From NCBI GenBank assembly GCA_003971905.1, contig RSEE01000074.1:124001-188000 (forward strand): DNA of 64,000 nucleotides, read 5' to 3'. The DNA comes from Moniliella sp. 'wahieum' (Eukaryota). The translations under genes and the position numbers were made by a program. Shown here piece by piece: positions 12,518-23,713 of this stretch. Under the pieces are notes generated by a model. It saw only the letters and a list, made by a program, of their open reading frames with translations, did not search any database and was not told where the DNA came from. Position 1 is the first letter of the stretch, and the number at the start of each line of letters is the position of its first letter.

Positions 12518-12614
12518 AAGGGGTCTGAGAACCAGCATAATAAGCAGGAAGAAAGGGCAGAGAAGCGACGCCGGCCAAAAAAACAAAATCATTTAACCCC
12601 GTCACGCAGCAGCA

Positions 12615-13838
12615 TCAATCGTCCAAAACGATAGGGTCAGCTTGTGATCCCACACCCGTCAAGGGGCCATGCGCAAGGGGCGTACCTTGCCGGGAAGCAA
12701 GCGGCGGCGCGCGGTCCCCCGCCGCAGAAGGCGAGAGGGGCGTGCCCGGTGAGGGGCTTAGGTCGACATGCGATGGGTGACGATGCCCCGAGCTCGAGTA
12801 GGAAGAAGAGGTGGGGGCGGCGTGCGAGCGACGGCGCACAGCGTCCGTCGATGCGTCTAATGTAATGGGTGCCGCTTGCGTACCAGCCTGGCCTGTCGTC
12901 AGCCACGGGTGGTTGGCTTGCCGCACGCCATTGACCGTGACGCTTTCGCCGTCGGGACCTTGGCGGTGAATCGTTTCGGTTCCCTGACCACACAAAAAAA
13001 GTAAGAGTTAGCCCACCAAACCCCATAACCATAACCATCACCAGCACCAGCACCAGCACCAGCACCAGCACCAGCACCAGCACCAGCACCATCACCATCA
13101 CGGAATCGGACACCCAGTACGCACGTCCGCTTGTACTTCTCGCACCACCGTCTGCATGTGGCCATTAACATTGACTTGCTGTACCGAACGCGAGTAGCCA
13201 CCTCGGCCAGCGCCGGTGCCGCCGGAGGACGAGAAGGACATGCTGGACGAGCCCGTCGATCCACCTGTCATCCCGCCAAATGGCGCCGAAGAAGAAAAGG
13301 GGAGAGGCACGAGGGGAGGAGCGGAGCGCATGCCCATCCCGCCAACAGCGGGGGAAAGTCACCAAAACATGGCTGGCCCACCAAACCCACGTGAGCCAAA
13401 GGCGGAAGAGGAGGAGGACGTATAGCCACCCATCCCAGCAGGCGGGAACATCGAGCCAGAAAAGGCCGAGGTCACAAACGGGTCGTCGCCAAACAGGCTG
13501 TTGAACAAGGTAAACGGGTCGTGCATCGTGGGCGCAGGACCAAAGCAAAGCTGGGGCCGGCAAAACGAGGGGCGGAACCAAAGCTGGCGCCGCCGCCGCT
13601 GCCGCTGCCACCGCCCGAGCGACGACGGTCGTAGGCAGAACGAAGAGAGGATCGGAGAGCGTCTCGTACGCTGCAGCAACCAGTTTGAAGCGCGCCGTCG
13701 CCTGTTCCTTCTGCTCGGGGGGACACGGTCGGGGTGGGAGGCGAGGGCAGCCTTGCGGTACGCCTTTTTGATCTGGTCGGCGGTGGCAGTGGTGGAGATG
13801 CCGAGCACGGCGTAGAAGTCTTGCTCTTGCTCGTCCAT
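12615..13838 (-). CDS. DnaJ/Hsp40 co-chaperone (DNAJB6-like architecture); intron 12984-13124
   Basis: [14 protein letters not shown]...[17 protein letters not shown] (HPD motif), [16 protein letters not shown]-rich region, C-terminal [10 protein letters not shown]...[19 protein letters not shown]. Intron GTGCGT...GCTAAC...CAG. Confidence 0.85.
13023..13100. repeat. Intronic hexamer microsatellite (CCAGCA)x8 with CCATAA/CCATCA flanking variants
   Basis: Read directly; lies inside the J-domain gene intron. Confidence 0.9.
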
Positions 13839-14451
13839 GAGCGCAGGGGGGGGGAGCTGGGGCGGCGACTTGGCGGTTGGTGGCAACACGTCGACGCACG
13901 GCCCCCTTGCGACAGACAGCCCGCCGGCCCGGTCACGCGGTCACGTGCCACCCATCTCGAGGACGTCACACAGTGCCCCCGTGCAGCAGGCGCCCCAGCT
14001 TCGTCTGCTGGGCATATCAGCTGAGGGGTCTGAGTACTTGCTGAGTGGTGCTGAGGCGCTGCTTCAGGCTGAAGCGCAGCGGTGCGCCCAGCACCAGCGA
14101 GTGCGCTCCTGTCGATGCGGCCACCGACGGCAAAGCCACCAGGGAGCTCGCGTAGCACACCACCTCCTATCACACCACCAGACATTCGATCACCCCATCA
14201 GCGCAGGATGCCAGTTAGAAACTTCAGGCTCCTGCGGCCTACCTGCCAATCATTAATCACGAATCAATCGAACGTTTCAAACGCTCACGCACGCCAACCC
14301 TACTGCCTGCGCTTCCATTCCGGACCATGGGCGCATAATGTGCCGCAGCACCCGACAAATGCATAGGGTTGCACACCCGCTGCTTGCAGCGTCTCGCGCG
14401 TGTCTTCTGCTCCTCTGCCCGCCCACGTCCCCGCCTCCACCAGCAACAGCC

Positions 14452-15248
14452 ATGGCGCCCTCCAAGAAGAACCCCAAGCTCCCGTCCAACCTCAAGGCGG
14501 CCTCGTCGGCCAGCAAGAAGCAGGCCAACCCCCTGTTCGAGGCGCGCCCGCGTCACTTTGGCATTGGCCAGAACATCCAGCCTGCGCGCGACCTGACCCG
14601 CTTTGTCAAGTGGCCCGAATACATCGTCTCCAGCGCCAGCGTGTCATTCTCAACTCGCGCTTGAAGGTGCCGCCTGCGCTGGCCCAGTTCAGCAACACGC
14701 TCGACAAGAACACCGCCACGGCTCTTTTCAAGCTGCTCAACAAGTACCGCCCCGAGAGCAAGCAGGAGAAGAAGGCTCGTCTGGCAGCCGTTGCCGCCGA
14801 TGTCGCGACCGGCAAGAAGGCTGACCCTAAGGCTGACGGCAAGAAGCCCCTGTTTGTCAAGTACGGTCTGAACCACGCCATTGCTCTGATTGAGGCCAAG
14901 AAGGCTTCCCTCGTCGTTCTCGCCGACGATGTGGACCCGATTGAGCTCGTCGTCGCTGTGCCCGCCTGTGCCGCAGATGGGTTCCCGGGTGATGTCAAGG
15001 GCGGCAAGGCCCGTCTGGGCCAGGTGGTGCACAAGAAGACGGCGGCGATCGCGGTGGTGCAGGACGTGCGCGCAGAGGACCAGCGTGAGCTTGCCAACCT
15101 CGTGGCTGCGGCCAAGGCCAACTACGTTGCAAGTACGAGGAGAGCCTCGCCACTGGGGCGGTGGTGTCCGTGGCACAAGTCGGCCGACAAGCTGCGCAAG
15201 CGTGCCAAGGCTGCCGGCACCACGGTTGCTGCGCTGGAGAACAACTAA
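14452..15248 (+). CDS. RPL8: 60S ribosomal protein eL8 (L8/L7a); no intron seen; apparent indel frameshifts
   Basis: [55 protein letters not shown]...[14 protein letters not shown]...KYGLNH...[10 protein letters not shown]...[14 protein letters not shown]. Confidence 0.97.
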
Positions 15249-16665
15249 GTTGTGTCTCTTGGACCCAAGCACATTTTGGGTTTGCCCAGACAGTTTCCCG
15301 TTTCTTCGGGGGGGTCGGGTCGCACCCGTGTCTCTTATGCTCGCATCGTTTGATGCACTCAAAATGGATATGCTCCGAATCCATGCCCACATTTTTGTTG
15401 CGCAGACAACTTGATACGTACACAGCTCTTGGCCGCCTTGGATGCATTATTAGTAGTTGGGATCAGAAGGGCACTTCTATCATTGTCGATGCGCACAGGG
15501 GGTCGAAGCTTGGGTACTGATGTAGAGACGTGACTAGTGACTGCATAATCAACGTTCAACAAGGAGCGTCTCCTATACACCGCGGCTGTGGTGGAAATGG
15601 TGCGTGCCGGATCCGAATGCGCCTTGAGGGTGTATTCCTTTTCAGAGCGACTCTGAGTCCAGGTGGACTACGGGCTGCGCGATGGCTTTCATGCCATCAG
15701 CTGGTTGGGCTTGTACTGGAGCTTGATAGTTTGGCGAAAAGGGTGACGACGGCGGGTCTGACATACTCCTTGTTTCGATACTGGGATGCGAATAAAGCCG
15801 GAACGCTACAGCCGTCCGCAGAGGCGATAAAAGCCGCTGGGGTCCCTCTACCGAGTGGGGTTTGCGGGAGGCGATGGATGCTTGGAACCAGAGAGCGCAG
15901 TGTTTCTGCCGTGTGTGCAAGCGTGGAGCGTGCTGAAAGGGACCGAGCGTAGCGGAGTCTTTAGTGGAGACCCTGGCTGATCGCAAGCGTCACGTGCTTG
16001 GAGTGCGGAGGGGGCATGTGACAGGCGCGTGATACACCAGGTGTGACATGGACGGGCGATGGTGACTAGTGACGTCAGAGGCCGGACGCGACAAGCGGCA
16101 TGTGCCAGGAGGGGCAAGTCATTAAGCAACGCAATCATTAATCAGCTGGGCAGCGCAGCGGCGGATGCGCGGCACAGGACCAGTGTGTGGCCCAGCGGCG
16201 GTGGGACGCCAAGCCGATTAGGCGGGGGCGGGGCAGCTGACATAAGCAGGGGCGCACGTGGCCAGCCTAAGACGCGGGTGGACCCTGGGCGGCGCAGACG
16301 CAGGCAGGGCTTGGCGCCAGCTTAGCTTAGCGCTGGGGCTGCAGCGCAGCGCCTGGCGTCTCTCTGCATTTTGCTTGGCGTGCCTTGCAGTGCGCCCTGG
16401 GGGGTCTGGTGCGCAGGTCTCATGAAAGTACTCGCACTCTCCGATCTCACTCCCTCGGTCCTTGTCCGCCCGCGTCCCACTCCGCTTGCGGGCACACACC
16501 TCCCCCCGCTGCCTTCTCTGCCGCCTGGGCAGCACCATCTCTGTTCTTGGCAAGCGCCTTGGCAGTGCCTGCCGCGTCCTTTCCCGTCGCCTACTTGTAC
16601 CATCCGCACCACCCACTTGTCCCTCTTTGTCGTCCCCTCCCTGCCTCTCTCCCGCCTCCCGCCCA

Positions 16666-17411
16666 TGCCTCCGCTCGCCCGTCTCCTGGGCCACCTGCGC
16701 CCCCAGCCCCCACAACCCGCCCGCTCCCCTTCGCCGCCCCCGAGCCCCCACACGCCCGATCCCCCTTCCTCCTCCTCCATTCCCGACCACAAACGCACCA
16801 GTCTATCTGCCAGCAGCAGCAACAGCAGCAGCAGCAACAGCAGCCGCAGCAACCGTAGCAGCAAATCCCGGTCCGCACCTACCCCCACCACGTCCTCCCT
16901 CACCTACGTTGCTTCCCCCCCTCGTTGCGTCTGGGCAGGTCGACGACGCAGGAGTGCAAGGCGCAGCCCCATCGCGCGTACGACCTGGAGCGCAAGACCT
17001 CGGCCTGGTCGGGACATGCAAAGACGCGCTCCTGCTCCTGCTCTTGCTCTTGCTCCTCCAAGCGCTAAGCCCATCCGCTGGTCGTACCCTGCCCCCTGCC
17101 TCCGGCCCACCCCTCATCAACCCATTTTCCCTCAACTGGCCCAAGCTCTGCTCGCCTCCACCCTCCCACCTCCATCCGCGTCCCGGTCCCAGCGCGGTCC
17201 CCGTGCCCAGCCCCATCCCAGTCCCATTCCCACTCCCACACCAATTCCCGTTCTCACTCGCATTCCCGGACCCAGTCCCACTCTCATTCTCATCCCCATT
17301 CCCATTCCCATTCTCATTCTCATTCCCGGACGATACACGCCGACCGGTCCCGTGCGCCCATCAAGCCCATCCCGGCCTGACCCGAACCCTGTCCTCTGCC
17401 CGCTCGTTTGA
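16666..17411 (+). CDS. Possible low-complexity Pro/Ser-rich hypothetical protein
   Basis: ATG after a long pyrimidine-rich leader; CAG and CCCATT/CTCATT repeats; no recognisable domain. Confidence 0.3.
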
Positions 17412-17556
17412 TCAGCTGGCTTGCCGCCGGCTCAAGAACGCACCCGACGCCCACCTCCGAGCGACTGCCTCCTCGCCATTCCTCACGTGCCGTTCATTGT
17501 ATTTGATCTACGTACAATCCTCTTCCCGGTCGGGATGGCCACATTGATAGATTGCA

Positions 17557-17632
17557 GGCTGCAGCGTGCAGCGTGCAGAGTGCAAAGTGCAGAGTGCAAA
17601 GTGCAGAGTGCAGAGTGCAGAGTGCAGAGTGC
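17557..17632. repeat. Heptamer tandem repeat (GTGCAGA/GTGCAAA), about 10 units
   Basis: gctgcagcgtgcagcgtgcagagtgcaaagtgcagagtgcaaagtgcagagtgcagagtgcagagtgcagagtgc immediately 3' of the HECT gene stop. Confidence 0.9.
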
Positions 17633-17665
17633 GAACCCAACGGAAGCGACTGGGCGCTACCCGCA

Positions 17666-20600
17666 TCAGGAAAAATCAAAGCCGGCATGAGCATGGATGG
17701 CATAGAGCAGCTTGGTTTCCAATTGTTTCTGGGAGGTGTAGCGGGGCAGTTTGAGCAGGTTGACGCACGTGCTGGCCGTGGGCAGACGTGTGTCGTCCTC
17801 GCCATTCTTGGACACGGCAAAGCGCGGGTTGAGCTGGCCAACCCGAGCAGCGGCGCGCTGGGACACGACGTGACAAACTTGATGAACGCACGCTTGTCCT
17901 CGGGGCCCATGTGCTCGAGCGTGTCCCAAAAATAGCGGATCGTATCGTCGTGCGGATCAAAGCCAGAGTAGAGCGTGTGCGCCCGGAGATCCGCCACGTC
18001 CACCGCTTGGTCCGTGCCCGAGATGAGGACGCGTAGCTCCGACGGGTCCAGCATGCGCAACCAACGCGGATCGATCATCTCGCTCAAGCCAGCAAAAACG
18101 CATGACTCTGCCGGGCAATTTGCGTCGAGAGACGGTAGTGCGACATGCGGTAAATGTACTGCAGTCGATTCTCCGTCGTCACGGCAATCTGCGACCCATT
18201 CGGCACCAACTCCACCGTCTTTTGCACCCCAAACTCCGAGTCGGTCACGGTAAAGTTGAGCGCCATGTCCTCCACTTGCTCCGGGTGGTTCTTGAGGTAA
18301 ACAAGGCCCTTGTACAGTTCCTGGTCCAGACTCGCGACCGACGCCAAGTCGTCCAAGTACGCATTGCCTCCGCCCCGACCGGACCCGACCCATTTGGAGA
18401 GGAAGAAGGTGGCGAACTTCACGTCGACCAGGATGCCTTCGTAGATCGCTTTGCCCAAGATACGACCGAGAAAGACGTACCAGGCCAAAGCGTCCGAAGA
18501 CTGGGCGTACGAGTGCGGGTTGGGGTAAATCTCTTGTTGGTCGTTGGCCAGCCAGAGACCACGGTTGGTATCAAACGCCTCTTTGATCACGTCCGTCAGG
18601 AATTCCTTAAACAGCCCGCCCCCATCAATGCCCATCTCTGTCTCGCCAAATTTGTCCACAAACGTAATCTCGATCGGCCCCTTGAGTTGACCGCCCGGCA
18701 CGTTCAACTGGTCGTACCCATCCTCCGCTACATGGCCACGGCGTACCCGCGCTCGCTGGCGTGCGAGCCAGACCGCACGGGAATCGACGATGCCCAACCG
18801 GTCCCGGTCCAACTGGATAAACTGGCGGAAAATCTCCACCCGCACTTCAAACGGTACGACAAACGGGATTTGGTTGAGCACACCCAGACGAGGCGTGAGG
18901 AAGGCCGTGATGCGCTTGGTGGCGGCAGTGCGACGAGCGTGGCGCATGTGATGGGTCGGGCAAGCAAATCGTCCTCGACCGGGGGTTCGTCCCTACGGTC
19001 CAGATCCATAGGTCCTCCTCCTCTTGCTCTGCCAACGCCCTCTCCTCCGTCACAACCGACTGAACAAATGATTGCAACTCCATGGTGGGGACCATGAGCC
19101 AGCCCCCGTCCGGCATAAAGTGGTGCCGCACATCGCGCGCATGCAATTGCTGCAGCAGCTTCGTCACCAGTTCCCTCAGCCGACGAGCGAGACGGTGGTT
19201 CCGGTAGGTAGGCCGAGTGTCCTCAGCGGGCCCGTGCCGTCCCACCAATACAGAGAAAAGGCCAGGTTGCGCAACAAGCAGGACAGCGTCGACACCTCGT
19301 CCACTGTCAGTGGGTTCCGTCCGCCGCCGGCCGAGAGAAACTCGTCATCGCCAATCGTCAGCAAAGCACGCGAATACAGCTCCACCAAAAGGATGAGCGG
19401 AGACCATTGGGGTTCCAGCGTGGAATCCGTCAAGGCGTCAAGGAACGATCTCGTTGCCCCGCCTGCACCTGCGGGAACCGAGTTGAAAGTTTGGCTCAAC
19501 GACGACGATCGAACCCATCCTCGCCATATCTCTCGAATCAGCCCCCCGTGGCAGTCGGATTGGTTTTGCTTTGAACCATGTTGGTAGAGTACATGATGTG
19601 CGAGATGACCTTTTCCCTTACGCTGGCTGGCCAGCCAGCGTTGAGGGTGGTGGTAAGAAATGCAAAGAGGGCCGGGCGTGAGGTGGCTGAGAAGCGAGTG
19701 GATTGAGCCAGAACGGCAGAGAGTGGGCTTCCGAGGGTAAGACCAACAGTGCCTTGGACGTGGCCTCGTCCCATTGCATGGGCAAGGCCCCTTCCGAAGG
19801 CGTCGATGGCCCTTCCTCTTGGGCATGCTGCAGAGGAGATGCGTCGCGTACTCGCTCGAATGCCTGGAAGGGGACCAGGGCAGCCTGGAGCCGCGTAAGG
19901 GCAGTAAGGTACGTGGCCACCGCCCTGCCATTAGGCAGGTGGGGTACACGCTTGTTTGCCAGGGCCAAAAAGTTGGCTGTCAGAGCAACCATGCGGTCGG
20001 TTCGGGAGGCAGGTCGGCCTGCTCTTGCGCCAACAGCGCCGCCACCGGCTCGTAGGGCATTTGCATGGCCAGCTGCGTCAAACTTGGTACGGGGATACGG
20101 GATGCAAGTAAAGGAATGGTGAGAATGCCGTGAACAAACTCCTCGTGACCCTCCGGCCTCGGCCGAATCATGCGAGAAGAGGTGAATGGCAAAAGCGCCA
20201 GCTCAACTGTACGCGATACCGAGGGAGGGCAGTCTTGCGCACAGGGGGCTGAGATTGCGTATGACGAGTCAGTAGGAAACAGAATAGAACCGGATGCAGC
20301 GGTACTACGCAGGGAGCTCGCGGGGTACATACAAAAGAGGTGATGTGACGCTGCAAGGCCGGGTACCATGCGCGCTGCTGGACAAGATGGCCGACGAGAG
20401 CTTGCGGCACGGTGAGTGGCGCCGCTCCTTCACGGGAGGGAGGGATATGGCTGATGAGGAGGGGGAGTTTGACGCCAAAGAGTGAAGGACGCTCAAGGCA
20501 CCCATCACAGTCTCCGTCGCGAACGGAGTTGGTGCAGCCACAATGACGAGCAACAGCCGAGCGACCCGCTGGAGGTGCCCACATAGGCGGTGCGATCCGA

Positions 20601-21058
20601 GGGCGAAGCAGGGGCGGGGAGGCAGGGCACAAAGAGAGCGGGCGGCCCGTGGGGAGATGCAGATTGGGCGGCGTGGAGGTAAGTGACGACGGCGGACTGG
20701 AAGCGAAGCAGGTGGCGCTCAATGCCCTGTGTGGCGGGGGCGGCGGCGAGGTGGATGAACAAGGCAGAGGCGAGGGTGACGGCCGCGGGGTCGGGGCAGA
20801 GGCAGCGAGGATGCTGGACGCGACTTGCTCGAGTCGGGCGGCAAAAACGGAGCGCTGGCGGCCGAGGCAGAGCGGCCGCGCCAGACACGTTGGACGGTGC
20901 GTGCAGCGACGTCTTGGCGGCGCTGGGCATCGCGTGCCTGGCGCTCGCGGCGGGCGGCGGCGGCGAGGGAGGTGGCGGAGGCGGAGGCTAGAGGCGCGGG
21001 TGCCGCCGAGGTTGATGGCCGGGCGAGCGCGGGCGCGGCCGCTGAAGTTGAAGTCCAT
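17666..21058 (-). CDS. HUL5: HECT E3 ubiquitin ligase, UBE3C/Hul5 type; intron 20249-20332; many frameshifts
   Basis: N-terminal MDFNFSGRARARPAINLGG; LNQIPFVVPFEVRVEIFRQFI; GIDGGGLFKEFLT; FLGRILGKAIYEGILVDVKFATFFL; FIKFVTSCPSAPLLG; catalytic RLPTASTCVNLLKLPRY...LLYAI..AGFDFS*. Confidence 0.93.
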
Positions 21059-21189
21059 GGGGGGGGGAGGGCGGTGGCCGGGACGGTTGCTGAGCGGCGC
21101 TGGCCGTCTTGTCGCTATCGGCTACGCAATGCACCCGCACAGGCCACGCAATGCGATGCTGCGCCCCCGGCTGAACATTGAACGCCGCC

Positions 21190-21249
21190 CACGTGACCCG
21201 CCCCCTCCCCCCGCGGAACGCGCGCCTGCGGGCGGAACCAATTTTTTCA
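21190..21249. promoter_or_regulatory. Bidirectional HUL5/SAS10 promoter with CACGTGAC E-box, GCGGAAC x2 and RRPE-like AATTTTTTCA
   Basis: The ATGs are about 265 bp apart and divergent; motifs at 21190-21197, 21213, 21231-21238 and 21240-21249. Confidence 0.5.
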
Positions 21250-21322
21250 CCCGCTTTCGCTCCCCGCTCCGCGTAGCCCACTCAGCACCCCAGCAACCAA
21301 CCCTTACCCCCCCCCTCCACCC

Positions 21323-23713
21323 ATGGGCAAGAAGCACCGCCGCAGCAGCGCCGGCAAGACCAACAACACGGGCGTCTTTGACATTGCCAAGGTGGATGCC
21401 CCCGCATCAACGCCAAGGACGCCGTCATCGACAGGTGGAACACCGACGCCGACATTCCCGATGACCCCGAAGATGCGTTTGACCGTCGCCGGGACGAGGT
21501 GCTGCTCGATCCGTCGGCTGGCCTGGCCTCCCGTGCTGGCGATGATGACGACGACCTAGATATCGGCATGGGCCCGAGGTCATGGCGCTCGATGCCCACT
21601 ACTCGGACTCGGACAACGAGCAGCAGGGCGAAGCAATGGAGTATGAGCAGGACGACCTGCCCCAAGGACGCCGTCAACTAGCCAAGGCCCGTCCTTGCCG
21701 CCAAAAAGGCAGGCGAGCTTCCTGCGCCACCCAAACCGTTTCCGCGCGCCTCGGAACGCCCGACTCGGACGAGGACGAGAGCGAGGCGAAGGCGAGGAGG
21801 ACGAGGAGGAGGAGGATGAGCGTGCGAAAGCGTCGTACTTTGGTAAAAACAACGTACGCCTATCATGGCGGTGACGACCTCGAGGCGCTCGAATCCGATT
21901 CAGAGATTGATGAGGAGACCAAGATCGAGCTCGAGGTGCGGGAAGCACGCAAAGTGCAAGCTCTTGCCCGGGAAGACAGACGGACCGACTTTGGCCTGGC
22001 CTATGCCATCCCCCCCAAGACAGGCACGGAGCAGTGAAGCCTGAGGTGGCGCCGGCCTGGCCGGAATTCGTACTTTTCAAAGACCGATCTGCCGGTGGCG
22101 CCATGGACAGTACCGAAGAGCGCGAGGCCCGACGTGCAGCGTTCGAGGCAAACGTTGTGCCGGTGCGGAGACGACACGACTGCCTATTGAGGTGGAAGGA
22201 GAGGACCTTCGTGCCAACCCACTCAAAGCGCGGGGTTCTCCTTTCGCTTTTACGTACCTCGGCGCCCGAAAAGATTGCCCTGGCGGGTGAATTTTGGAGA
22301 TGAGCTGGCGATGTATCAAGAGGTGATGCAAGCTCTTCCCGCGCGCGTCCAACAGCATCGCGCCCGCCGAGCCGAACAGGCCGAGAAGAGTGGAGTGGAA
22401 GCTGTGAGCGATGACAAGGACCCAGGTATGGGGCTGTTGCAGCTCCATGCACAGGTATACAATGCGTACGCGACCTGCCTCTCCTTCTTTATGTACCTGG
22501 CCACCCTTCCTTCCTACCTCAAGGATCCAAGTAAGCTGCGTACACATCCCGTCATGGGCCGGTTGCTCAAGTTCAAACGCACCCTCATGGCATTGGAGGA
22601 GTTGGGTCTTGGCCTGCATCCCCAAAGCCGATCCCACCCATGCCGAGGACGAGGAAAAGTATATGGACCTGAGCGAGATGCTGGCGGGCGGATCAGAGGG
22701 GAGCGACGATTCGTTTGACAGTTCGTTCGAAGAGTCGATGGACCAAGACGAGCTTGCCGACCTATTGGCCGAGCAGGAGAAAGAAAACACGATTCGTCCC
22801 CAGACCGAAGCTAGCCAGCCGAGTCTGAGCCCAAGACCCAAACCAAACCCAAACCTAAAAAGTCCAAGAAGGGCAAAGAACCTGCCAGTGTCGCACCCCT
22901 GGCCGAGTAGGGGAGTTTGATGCGGCCAAGGAGCAGAGGAGGTTATGGCCAACCGACCGACCGCAGGCTCAGCTAAGACGGAAACGCTCGCTCCCAGGAG
23001 AGTCGGATGCGGTTACAGCCCAAGGTCTTGGTGAGCCCGAGGCGCTGTCGGAGTACGACAAGGCCGAGCGCGCAGAGCGCAAACGAAGCTTGCAATTCTC
23101 ACGACGCAGATCTCGGCCCGCGAGGCAAGGCGTGGCAAGGCCAAAGAGGAGAAGATGTCGGGCGATGCTGACTTGCCCTGGCGCGACCCAGCAGCGGCAC
23201 GGGCGGCGATTGAACGCAAGCCCAGGCCCAAGTCTTGGCAGAGCGTGCTGCCCCCGCTGCTGGTACAGCCTTGGATGTACACCGAGTTTGTGATGAGCGG
23301 ATGACGCAGACCGGAGGGCAGTTTTGGAGGAAGGAGCAGATGAAGGCTCTGAGTATTACGACCTAATTGCCTCCTCTCGCAAGAAGGCGCGAGCGGACGA
23401 AAAGGCCGAGTACGAGGCGTCTCGCTTGGCAGAACGTGACGAAGCGATGGCCGTGGGTGAAGGAGAACTCGAAGACGGCGAGCACCGTGGGATTGGGCGA
23501 CAAATCGAGAAGAACAAGGGTCTCACGCCCAAGCGCAAGAAGGAGGACCGCAACCCTCGTGTCAAGAAACGTATGCGTTTCGAGCAAGCCAAGAAGAAGC
23601 TCCGCTCCATGCAGGCCACCTACAAGGGCGGGGAGAACGCCATCGAGGGTGGCTATGGGGGCGAGAGCAGCGGTATCTCGAGTCATGTCATCAAGAGCCG
23701 CAAGTTTGCTTAG
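21323..23713 (+). CDS. SAS10: SSU processome subunit Sas10/Utp3
   Basis: C-terminal Sas10 domain [39 protein letters not shown]...[17 protein letters not shown]; middle APEKIAL..F...[11 protein letters not shown]...HPVMGRLL; acidic N-terminus. Confidence 0.92.

Noticed and set aside
18102..19097. Long antisense ORFs (also 14553-15392, 5562-6761, 45234-46166)
   Set aside because: They shadow real genes on the opposite strand, as expected from GC-rich codon usage, and carry no motifs of their own
17666..23713. Calling the frameshifted genes pseudogenes or programmed frameshifts
   Set aside because: Indels are scattered through essential genes with intact conserved motifs and no consistent slippery sites; sequencing error is more parsimonious
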